From: Catajapyx aquilonaris
Lineage: Eukaryota
Direction: 5' to 3'
NCBI GenBank assembly: GCA_000934665.2
Contig: JYFJ02003264.1
Span: 1-44,216, forward strand
DNA length: 44,216 nt
Of this stretch, positions 28,194 to 40,400 are shown piece by piece; the first letter of the stretch is position 1, and each line of letters starts with the position of its first letter. The notes below the pieces were generated by a model. The model did no database searches. It was not told the origin of the DNA and saw only the letters and a list, made by a program, of their open reading frames with translations. The position numbers and the translations under genes were made by a program.

Positions 28194-30995
28194 ATGCAGC
28201 GACACGCCTTGCTCCACCCTTCGCAGGTACGAGTTGCCCATGGCCATACATGTATAGGACTTATCAGCCGTGACTGTAGTAGTTGGGCTTTGCAGGTTGC
28301 TGCCCTGTCATCATCCCGAGCATGGCTGTCAGTCTCAGTGGTGTTGTGGTGCGTTTGTTGTAGAGCAGCACTCATCGCTGGCCATTTCTTTGAGGGGTAT
28401 GCGGCCCGGTATGATCCAGTGCTTGAAACAAAGTATGGCCTGTTCTCAGAAGAGTTGCGGGAAGAGATGGCCCAAGAGGCCAAGAGCATGTTTTATCATG
28501 GGTATGAAAACTACATGCGCCATGCCTTCCCCAAGGATGAGCTGAACCCAATATATTGCAGAGGGAGAGGACCAGACTATGATGACCCGTGAGATTGGCA
28601 TTTTGCATTCTTGTATTCAATCATAGAATAGTAGTGACATCATGCAATGGACAGCAATAATTTCAACTATGAAATGTAACAGTTAAAGGCTTGTAATGTT
28701 ATTACCATCCTCTGGTGTACCTATGTATAAGGGGTCATCTATGAAGTACAGCATACTCCACATTCTTCGCAACCTTTATCTTGTGAAGCTATAAATGAAG
28801 GATGGTTGCGACATACCTTTTGGATGACTTCTTGTTTTTCCCCAAATTAATTTCACTGTCAGTATTATTTGTCTCCCTAGAGCAAACATCAATATTAATG
28901 ACGTCCTGGGCGATTACTCCCTGACCCTTGTGGAGACACTGGACACCTTGGCAGTGTTGGGCAATGCCTCCGAGTTCCAGCGAGCTGTTCGCCTGGTAGT
29001 GGATAATGTCTCCTTTGACCACTCCGTCAAGGTGCAGGTGTTTGAAGCCAATATCCGCCTGCTGGGAGCCCTCCTCTCAGCTCATCTTCTGATAGAGGAT
29101 GTGGAGGAGCCATTTGGTCCTTTAAAGCCTGTTTGGTACGAGGGGCAACTCCTGGAGATGGCCCACAGCCTTGGTTCCCGTCTGCTACCTGCATTTGAGG
29201 GAAGCCCCACAGGTATCCCCCTCCCTAGAGTTAATCTCAAGGAAGGGGTGCCTATGGATGGGGTCACACACACCTGCACGGCTGGAGCAGGATCATTGCT
29301 GCTGGAGTTTGGGATTCTCAGCAGGTTGCTGGATGACCCTACTTACGAGGGATATGCCAGGAGAGCCAGCAATGCCTTGTGGAATCTTAGGTCAAAGACA
29401 ACTGGGCTCTTTGGTGAGTATTTTCCAGTCACATGGTGATTGCTATGACTGCATTTTAACTTTCTACCCATCACCATCACCCCTGGCTTGATTGATTGGG
29501 GTTGCGTTTTTCCAAAATCGTATGTATGTTTTTCAGGGAATGTGATTGACTCCCAGACTGGTCGGTGGCTTGGTAGGATGAGTGGATTGGGAGCAGGGAT
29601 GGACTCTTATTATGAGTATTTGCTCAAGTCTTACATCCTTTTTGGGAAGGAAGAAGACTGGAGGAGATTCAACGAAACATATGCTTCCATTAAACAGTAC
29701 CTCAGGAGAGGGTCAGTTCCTAGGGTTTCTTTATTTTAACTGACTAGTTCTTACGAGTGTTTTTTTTTTTTTTTTTTCAGGCGGCCTAAGTGCAACGAAG
29801 GGGTTGGGGATCACCCCCTCTATGTAAATGTTGAAATGAACAGTGGGATTCTTCACACCCCATGGATTGATGCTCTTCAAGTGTCCTTTCCTGCAGTCCA
29901 AGTGAGTGAATTAGGTTTGAATTGTATCACATTGACAGACACTTATTATCAAGATAATATGCAAGGCACTTTATGCAGAATGAAATGATTTTGTAAATGA
30001 CAATTTGCAATTTCCTGCAGGTATTAATTGGTGATATTGAGGAGGCCATTTGTGCACATGCGTTGTATTACTTCATATGGAAGCGGTTTGGTGTCTTCCC
30101 CGAGAGGTTCAACTGGCAGAAAACCACTCCTGAGGTTAACTTCTATCCTCTCCGGCCTGAACTCATGGAAGCCACATACTTTTTGTACCAGGTATGTACT
30201 TCATGGTAAATGCACACCCTAAGCGAAACCTTTCACCAAGGTGTAATGAATTGAATTGAATGGTCAATGCACATCACAGAGAAAGCCTCTCCAAGATGAC
30301 CAATGTGAAACTTGGGGTGTGTACACCTGTAAAAATCATGTCGTAATTACACCTTCTGAGAATGCCCACTTATGCAACTGTCTGTAGCTTGTATAATATT
30401 TATTCAAAAGGTTTCTATGAGAAAGTATGTCTTGCCTTTCCAGGCTACGAGGAACAATTTTTATCTCCATGTTGGTCGTGACATCTTGCACAGCCTGAAT
30501 AACTACACGAAAGCAGAATGCGGTTATGCAACGGTCCATGACGTACTGGATATGTCTCTAGAGGACAGGATGGAGAGCTTCTTTTTGAGTGAAACCTGCA
30601 AATACTTGTACCTGGTACTTTTATGCATGTTTAGAGCCTAGCTTAGTTACTTGAACATCCATATGTCACAAAAGGCAAAATCTCCCACAGCTATTTGACA
30701 AGGACAACCACCTGAACAAAAACCTACACAAATACTTGTTTAGCACTGAGGGCCACATCTTCCCAATCAGCAACACCTTCAGAGAAAGACCTTGGGAGCA
30801 TGAAGAATCCCTGGACAACACTTCCCAAAATCACTTCCAAACCTGTGTAAGTAACTTCTTGTCAGTGGTATACTGCCAATCAGCTAATTGTCTTGAATTC
30901 AGTGCCAATCAATGGAGGAACAAAGGAGCTACTTCATACCACTGAAGTCGCAATATTTGGAGCAAGTGAGTGCAGCCTTAGGAGCGACCACCTAA
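28194..30995 (+). CDS. EDEM1: ER degradation-enhancing alpha-mannosidase-like protein 1 (GH47), about 580-604 aa
   Basis: Exons 28194-28588, 28881-29413, 29537-29711, 29781-29901, 30021-30191, 30444-30614, 30691-30846 and 30903-30995. Motifs include [53 protein letters not shown] and STEGH, with an EDEM1-like tail ([10 protein letters not shown]). The start codon is less certain. Confidence 0.93.
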
Positions 30996-31125
30996 AGACA
31001 TCCAACTGCCAAATTTTAGCAATAATAGTGTGCCTTATGCTCACCACGGTTCCTTTTACCAGAGCCTAATTTGACGCCTTTTTTGTTGATATTCAGACAA
31101 TCTTTACAATGTTAATTTTGTACAG

Positions 31126-31154
31126 AATAAAATGATTTTTGAATGAATTTTATT
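31126..31154. terminator. Opposed polyadenylation signals of EDEM1 (+) and Brahma (-)
   Basis: AATAAA on + at 31126-31131 and AATAAA on - at 31149-31154, each downstream of its gene's stop codon. Confidence 0.6.
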
Positions 31155-31410
31155 TCTTTGTTCATACACACAGTTTTATAAGCCATTGAAATGCTACATT
31201 ATGTTCTCTAAACTACCGTAAAGATAACTTACTTTTTACCACAAACCCACAAGATTAAGCTTAATACTGTAAAACATGATTGACATTTCATTGCAGACCT
31301 AAATGTATTGAGTAGCCTACATGACCAACACGAACCTACAAATGTTGCGGAGTGAAGATAGAATTTGTCTTCTAGACTTATTATTTTAATGGAGTTTTCA
31401 GACGCTTCGT

Positions 31411-34400
31411 TCAACGGTTTCGTCTTCCAGGGGCAGGTGAACTCATTCTGGAGCTGCTACGTGACGATGCCTTCTCACTTGCATTATCATCCTGAAAAGC
31501 GAGTGATTACTGTTGGGGGGGATGGGGAAGGGGGAAAAAAGACAGGCACATTAACAAAACGGATCCGCGAGGGATTAGAAGCTGAATTAAATGAATATTT
31601 AAAATAATTGAGGATACAAGACAATGTAATGGGATGCCACAACTTGAGTTTTTGTAACTACTAGAGCACCTCATTGAATGATGCTTGTAGAATACAGGGA
31701 ATTACACATTATTAACACAAGAGTAATATGTCAAAACTTGATGTGACAGATCATTAGATTGTCTTGATTCCCATCAATGTGAGGGATTAATCTGTTTTTG
31801 AGTACTTCGCTCTCTGTATGACTATAGCTCTCATGCATACATAATCTAGTAGTAAAGAACTTTTAAAATGCAGATCAATGCCTCAATCAAATCAAAACAA
31901 CAGCCTGTTGCGTCAAGATAATTAATTAATTGTTGCAGCTCTTGACAGGCGGATCAGTCACCATTGCACCCACTTACCTCGTCGTCGTCGTCATCCTCCT
32001 CGTCACTGACAAACTTCTTCACCCGCTTCCTCCTAGATCGCCCACTAGTTCCTGCCACACTGCCCTCAGAACGCTTTCCCTTCAGCTTTATTTTCATCTT
32101 CATTGAGGATGATTCATCTGATCCCTCTTCCTCATCATCAGGGACATCCTCCACTACAAGAGAGCTCAGGTTCATAACTTATCTTACATATGAAACATTA
32201 TTTACAATGGGTCACATGCAAGCGTTGTTAAATGAAAAAGCACACTGGCTTTCAATATTTTTGGTTGCAACTAGCCCCCAAATGAAGGTTCTGCTGAAAT
32301 CCAGTCCACAAACTATGACACAGATGCAATGTAGATAATAATTGGCATAAAAAATCTGGCAGCTGGGAGGTTTGCACAGTGCAAGTGGTTTGCACAGTGC
32401 AAGTAGTTTGCAAGCCTCTCGTCTGCAAACAGTCCACAATCTTTGGTACTTCTGTTCAGCCTCTGCACATGTGCGTAAGATTTTTTGATGCAAATGGTGC
32501 TTGACAATGTAATACATATAAATGAATGCTAGTACTGTAAACCAGGGACAGGATGTAGATATTGGGGTCAAAGTTCCCACAGAAGGCACTAGGAAGCTCA
32601 AATTATTTTTATAGGATTGGTAGAAGACACACATTTTTCAAGTATATGCCATTCACTAAGACCAACATTTAACAAAACTTGATAGGCCATCCTATTTTTA
32701 AAAACCGCCACATGGTACAAAAAAAAAACCTCAAAAATTATCAAGTTCATTACATGCCAGTTTCAGTGAACAAAACTGTGTATGACTCATAGCATACGTT
32801 GTCATTGCACACATCAATGCCAAAGAAATAATAAATGTTTCTAAACTGCACGACAGAGCACCATTTGCACCATATATGGCTGTATGCATATCAGACCTGT
32901 TGATTTCTGTCTTCATAGGAGGTAATCACATGAAGGCTACCCACTGCAGTCACCCTCACTTTTCAAAATGGAAACAGCTCTTGTGATGCTTTGCAATTTA
33001 TCATGTAATGCTAAGTGTTGGACAGACAGTATGTGGTAGTGACACACTGACTGTCTCACACTATGCTCACAATTTGGGACTCAGCAGCAGTGTTTCATAC
33101 TGTCAAGCTAATGTCAAAAATAAAGAAGGAGAGGCTAAACTTGGTTGCAAGCAAACGTAAGCATTGAGAACAAGCACATCCATTTTAGAGCACATATTCC
33201 TACCTGAGATCAAGCAATCGCAAACAGGAACCACAACAATCAAGTCTTGCATGTAAGCTGACTCTAGTCGTGCAAATAACACTGAGAGAGTGGCACACAT
33301 GCAGAGATATTTACCTTCCTTATCTTCACAAAAGCCTGCATGTGAGAACACTGCATTGTTCTTTTTTCTAGAAAAGTAAAATGCAGAGGCACGGGGGAAA
33401 GGAAGTCATGCAATTGGTATGCAAGCTGGCGTAGTAAAAATTATTATTCATGATGACCATGATAAAGCAGCGTGCAGGATCTAACGAACTTGTTGGTTGC
33501 ACATCTGAGGTCCATCAAAATATCCATCCATAAGTCACTTCCTTTCCTCCTTACCCCTTGTTTCCTCTTCATCATCCTCGCCCTCACCTTCACCTTCCTG
33601 CTCCAGCCGTTCCCTTGCATTAGTGAACACTGACTGCAGTACAATGGAGTCCTCATGGATTAATGAAGCCTCCTCATTGTAGGTCTGGGCATTCTTGCAC
33701 AGGAGCATAAAGTCCTGCTCTAGCTCATCCAAGTCTTGGTACTGTTGAGATAACAAGTGATCATTACCAATTACCAGGTATTGTTTATTCCCTATGGAAC
33801 AAAGGATGTATGAACTAGGGTATTACTGTGCGGAAAACGAAACGACGATCTGACGTCATCGTCACAGAATAATATGAGTAAACAGTGTCAACAAAAAGAA
33901 CATTGTTTACTCCTATTGTTGCATGACAACAAAATGATGACGTCAGATTGTCGTTTCGTTTTCCGCACTGTAGAAATTATTTCAGAGTCAGCCAAGTAAG
34001 CCTAACACATCACATCCTAACATGCTGTATTCCAATAATTGAAATGTTCATTTTTTGATTTGAGCTTTTTTGCAGTACGCTACTTATTTTTAAGGTGCTT
34101 TTGAATAGTTACCCTTACTCATTATGAAAATATTAGTCATTAATATTAGGTTCTATGGACTTATCCTTTTTAATGACTGCTTGAAATTCATGTGCAATTC
34201 CAAATTCCAATGAGCCATTCCCAATCAAAGATTCATTTCAATAAACAGATAGGCAAATGATTCAGTTTGGCCTATATTTAGCAGCTAATATTTTTGATAA
34301 CCACTGAAGTTTTCCGAAGTGACTAATTTAAAATCACCATAAACTAAAATATCATAAACTAAAGCAGATATTTAAGTTGGAACAAGTCGTATACAGCTCA

Positions 34401-37400
34401 GCAAGAAAAATGTAGAAATGTAAACTTAGCACGCACTAGTTATCAACATTGCGAAGCTGTGCTGTATTATATATAAGGTGACTTATTTTCCATTCCACAT
34501 CGCATTACCTTATTTTCATCAATTCTCTGCAAGATTTTCTTTATGTCCACTGGCTTCTTGATGATATCATAGTATTCTGGGAGCTCACGGCGGGATGGCA
34601 ACTTCATAAAGGGCTCACTCAATACCCTGCTGTCACTGAAAATACCAAAAGTACTGTATCAGCATGCTATGAATGTGATACATATACAGTATTGCTTCGT
34701 CAGCATTGTTACAAATGCAACTGAACATCCTGAGGCGTGGAGGGGGGAAGGCACCTTCCACTGGTTTGGGACTTGCGTGTCAAGGAGATGTGTCCCATCC
34801 CCACCTTAAGAGGTGCTGCTGCATTTGCTTTGAGTATCATTCTCTATTTACGGTTTCTCTGGCTTTCCATCTTGTGGATTGCAGACCGACCTGTCAGTGT
34901 ACTTGATGACAATCCCCATGAGTTTCCTCATCTGTTTCTTGAGTTTGGGATCCACCTGGCTTTTCTCCATTGGAGGCCTCCCTCGGCGTTTCTTCACCTT
35001 GGGTGTATCATCTTCTTCTTCGTCCCGTTTCCTCCTCCGACGAGGCTTCTTCTTGGCAGATGACTTGCGGTCTTCCTCATATTCCTCACCTCCATCATCA
35101 ATGGCCCCCTTCCAAGAAAAAGTTAAGTTATTTAACAATATTCTTAACCAAAGAGCCAGCAAGATGTTCAATCCTGAATTTTACAATTGTTTACCACTCT
35201 TGTGGACAATTTCAGCTGCTACATGCAAAGGACTTACTCCAATGACTTTCAGCCACTCCTTCTCTGTCAGACTATCAGTGTAGTCCACTTCCTTCCTCTG
35301 CCGAGAGCCACGCCCATAGTACCGCTCTTCCTCTTCCTCGTAATCCCATCGTTCAACCTGCAAAAGGAGAGGTCATTAAAACAATACTATCTGAAATAAA
35401 GCATTTTGTGACATCTTGTTACAAACCTCATCATCCTCCCTGGACAGCCAATTTGGCAGCTCCGACTCCTCCATTAGCCTCGGCTTCCGGCTGGGACCCA
35501 GCTTAGCATCTTCTCGCCTACGGTCCACATCCATTCGTTGGAACAAGTCAAACTCCTGCTCGGTGCGGGCAATCATCTGGTTCACTGTCTCATCATCTGG
35601 CACCTCATTTTCTTCCTGTTTGATGGAAAAACTTGGTTTGTAAATGAATTACATTTCCCTTATGCAAAAAAAAATCTACTACAAGGCGTCCCATTTGTAG
35701 GTGCCCCGCTAATTTCAGCACTGGGAAGAAAAAGTTCTGTAAAGGAGCTGATGGTAGGGATTGTAAGGGAAGGCATGACAAAGCAGTCAACAGCAAAAGT
35801 CAGAAATTGGTGGGGTATCTAGAAGTGGATGCCCCGTAGTTCCCAGTATTCGTATTTATTTTTTATGCTCACATCCCAGTTGTTGCTTCGCAGGCTTGGG
35901 AACGCCTTTAAAAAAATTAGATGATAAAAGTAACATATCAGGGGCTAAAATACTTCACTCAACCCACCAAACACTCATAAGATCAGTGCAGTAACCCATA
36001 TATTCCAACAATGTCATTTCTGTTGAACTTACCTCATCATCAGCCTCATCCTGATGCAGAATGGTTTGCAGGAATTGCTTCCGCTCAACACCAGTGGACT
36101 TCTGGTCAAACATACCGGCTTGGATGACCTTCTCATCCATATTCAGTTTGTATCGTGCAGCTGCCAAAATCCTCTCCTCCACAGAGTTGACAGTCATGAG
36201 GCGCAACACCCTCACTTCATTTTGCTGCCCAATTCGGTGGGCTCTGTCTTGTGCTTGCAGGTCCTGGTGCGGGTTCCAGTCTGAGTCAAAAATGATGACT
36301 GTGTCTGCAGCCTGCAAATTCAAGCCCAATCCCCCTGCACGTGTGCTCAACAAAAAGATGAAGATGCCAGAATTTGGATTGCTGAACTTTTTCAGCAGTT
36401 CTCCACGGTCATCAGACTTGGTTGTGCCATCCAGACGAAGGTACTGGAATCCACGCCAGTTCAAGTAGTCCTCCATGATGGTCATTAACTGTGTCATCTG
36501 GCAGAAAAGCAGGACACGATGCTTCGTCTGCTTAAGTTTAGGAAGAATGCGATCCAACAGCTCGAATTTTCCTGATGCACGGAATAAGTCGGGGCTAAAA
36601 CAAGATGGCAATATTGTTACATGTTTCGACACATTAATATTTATGGTATGCTGACCAGGCACAGACAAACTACTTCAAAATATTACCCAGTGACAACTCC
36701 TCCTTGAATCTCAATGTGGTCACAATAGGCCTCCTCAATGTGATGAAACATAAAGGGGTGGTTGCAGAGCTTCCTCAGCTGCATGATTGTATTCATCAGG
36801 GCCTTGGTACCACCCTTCCCTTGCTTGCCCTTCTCAGAGCCATCTGTCAGCAGCACCCCCTTGTTCTGCATGTGTCTAAATTGTGAAAGAAAAAGATATT
36901 AATGTATGTGCAGAGAAATTTTTCACATTGGTCATACCTGTACAGGACTCTCTGAAGGCCAGACATGTCACACTTGACGATGTATTCCACCTTATCAGGC
37001 AGCTGGGATTCCACTTCCTTCTTCAGTCGGCGAAGAAGGAATGGCCGGAGAACTTTGTGCAGACGTCGAATGATCAGGATAGTCTCTTCCTCATTCAGCT
37101 CCACCTTTATGACGACACGTACCCTCATTAAAGTCATGTAATTGCCATATCCAGTAACAAAATGCTGAACTGTTAGTTTCCAAAAAGTGACTTTCAAAGT
37201 GTAATAGCACATCTGGCTATGACTTCAAACCAGGAAATTTTTTGTGACCTTGCTGAATGTTTATCCATGGTCAGCTCTGCAAGTAATAAGTAGTAATCTG
37301 TGGAGAGGTGTGTGAATTTTGTACCTTTTCACCAGTTGTAGCAAAGGGAGCATTGAACCATTGCTCAAAGGTGATGCAGGACTTAAAGATAGATGGCAGC

Positions 37401-40400
37401 AAGAAATTCAGAAGAGCCCATAACTCAGGTAGCTTGTTCTGCAGTGGGGTTCCTGTCAGCAGCAGGCGGTGAGGGGCCAAATAGTGAGTGTTCAGCACCT
37501 GGGTCAGCTTGCAATGGTGATTCTTCATGCGATGCCCCTCATCAATTATCATGTACTTCCACCGCAACTGGAGAGAAAGGCACGATTGGTTATTGAACTT
37601 GGTGAAATAGGTATGGGGAGGGAGAAAAGGGGCAATAAACACTAAGCAGGGGAAAAAAATTGGTGAGCGATAAAGATAGAAAGGTACCTTGGCCAATACA
37701 GCTTTGTCTTTAATGATGTACTCATAAGTAGTCAGCAGCACATTGAACTTTGTGGCCCTCATCTGGCTTTGGATCTGCCGCCTCATGGCTGGTGAACCCT
37801 TGTAGGCTACAACCATGACCGATGGAGCCCATTTCTCAAACTCAAGCACCCAGTTTGACAGTGTCCTGCATTAAATAGAACAGCATTTAAATCACTGGTA
37901 ATACTAAAGAAACAAATCTGAAAAATTTCCTCATTTCAGCTAACATCACAGTAATGTTACTCCTTAACCCCTTCGCCCACATCCATGATCTTGGAATACT
38001 CAGGTCTGGTCACTCCCACTTATCGCCTTCCGGGGCGTTTTGCATGAGGTGCTCACTTGAGAGCGCCATGAGACAGCTTTTCACTGCTGGATTATGTGGC
38101 GACCCTACCGGACTACGCTGAACTTAGGTAGAAGAGAAGCCGCTACATCCACGCCCAACATGGCCGCCGGCGCCCAGGTTGGGTCCCCCAATGTAGCGCT
38201 TCCCTTTTGTACCTATAAAGTTCAGCGTAGTCCGGTAGGGTCTCCACATAATCCAGCAGTGAAAGGTCCTATAGCGCTCTCAAGTGAGTACCCCTACAGT
38301 CTTATCTTATCGCCCGTGGGCTGCCCCCATCTATACTGGCATCGCCTAGATTTTCGATTCTGTTAAACTGACATGTACTCTGAAGATAACAAGTGAGATA
38401 TTTTACCGATAACAGACACACTTACACATTCATACTCTACACTACGAATGTGTTGGAACTGCCGGCCCACTGTTAGGGTGATTTAATTATGAAATACGTT
38501 AAAATATTCGGAATATAAATCTTGAGAACAGTAACATGAAATTGCTAAAATCGCAGTACTTTGCGAGAAATAAATAAATTTTCGAGATTTCCGAAGTAAC
38601 AGGAAAGCTGCAAATAAGAAGTAATTTATTTCTCGCAAAGAACGATAACTTCAGCAAATTCGTCTGCACTATTCTCAAGGTTGTTATTCCGTATATTTTA
38701 ACATATTTCATAATTAAATCAGGCAAGTAGTTCGCCGGCAGTATTCAAATTTCGAGTTTTACAGTGTGATCTTTTTGGAAATTAATTCATTAAAATAGGG
38801 ACTTCTAGACGAGAAAAATTGTTCCAAACACATTCATAGTGTTTTCCGTGGACTTGTATGTATAGCTGTTATTTTGTGTAAAATATCAGGTCTGTACCTT
38901 TAGAGTACTCGTAAGTGAAAAACTAGGTGATGGTGGGTATGGCTGGGGGCGAAGGCATTAATGTAAACTAACAATGATCATGGCACAAAGTTACTTTGTA
39001 AGGCGTAGCCTCGTGAGCTGCCATGTCCATATCACAGTCGCACACTTACGACAGGGGCACAATGATGAGGTAAGGCCCATTGACCTTCTTCTTCTCCATC
39101 AGATAGGTGATGAGTCCAATTGTCTGGATGGTCTTTCCCAGGCCCATCTCATCAGCCAAGATGCCATTCAGATTGTTGTTATACAATGACACCAGCCATT
39201 CCAGGCCTTTAATCTGATACTCTTTGAGAAGGCCATTCACCATGATGGATGCCTGCTCTGAAACCTCCTCTCCGATTGTGTGTGCAATTCTATAAAAAGA
39301 AAAAGAATCACAGTTTTATCCCTAGCTGGTGACTTTCAATCTTCTTGTCATGAATGAACCTAATCGCCCTCATTGCAGTTAATCCTACAATGACCATGCG
39401 TATGTCCTACCTTCCCATGCATATGGGAAAGGAGGTTAAGAGGACGTGGTTGGGCAAGTGCTTGCATAGGCAGTTTTGAACAATTGGCAACATTTAGAAT
39501 GATCCCGACAGTGGGCTGTTGTTTGGCAAGATAAAAGCTGAATATCAATCATCGTTGCATTGGGATCACCCGTAATTCATAGTCACGAGAGGGAGGTGTA
39601 GTTTGCTATTTTAAGCACACTTCAAGGTTAGTCAGGTAACTTAAATAAAATAAAACTGACCCATAATATGTCTCCTCCCCAGCATTCTTGTACTCATCAT
39701 CCTCAACCTTTGCCTTTTGAATCACATCCTTAACTTTGTCCTCATCAGTCTTCTTCTTCACCTCATTATGCCTTGCTCTTGCTGAAAAAACAACAACACA
39801 AGATATAGAGCTCCATGGCATGACTTCCATTTGCAGTCTAACCTTTCTCTTCATCATCCTCATCTGAGTCCTCATCAGATCCTTCCTCTTCATCCTCATC
39901 CTCGTCTTCCCGAGGGGCAGGTTCCCATCCTGGATGCATCTCCAGCCAAGCTTGTAATTGGCTAACCTGCGGAGCTTCCTCTCCAGAGAGTATCTTCCCT
40001 ATTATTGTGAACGAAAATTGTGTTAGCTGCACATCATATTTTAAGTGCACCTAAGCACTTACCTGTGATGCTCTCAATGACAGTAACACGCACATCCGAC
40101 ATCTGGGAACTTTCATCAATTTCTTCCTGGGAGTCTGCCTGGCCATTCTCACCTGAACCCTTCTTCTTCTTCTGCAATGGCAAGGTTAGTGATCAATCTC
40201 ACACTACATTGACAAAATAAATGAGCAAGTGGCTGGTTGGAAGTACAAACTGCAATCCTTTACAAGTGGAAACAATTTAAAACATGACGTTATCACTTGG
40301 AAAATTCTTTAATCTCTCTCCTAATAAAACTTGCAATACTCAACTGGCTTGCAATTATAAGGCAGGTTAGTCTTTACGTTACCAACCCACCAATAGCCCT

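Noticed and set aside
32370..32414. 18 bp tandem duplication in a Brahma intron
   Set aside because: Ordinary slippage repeat.
37568..37687. Stop-free in-frame 120 nt Brahma intron
   Set aside because: Canonical splice sites, and retention would insert 40 aa into the ATPase core; probably chance.
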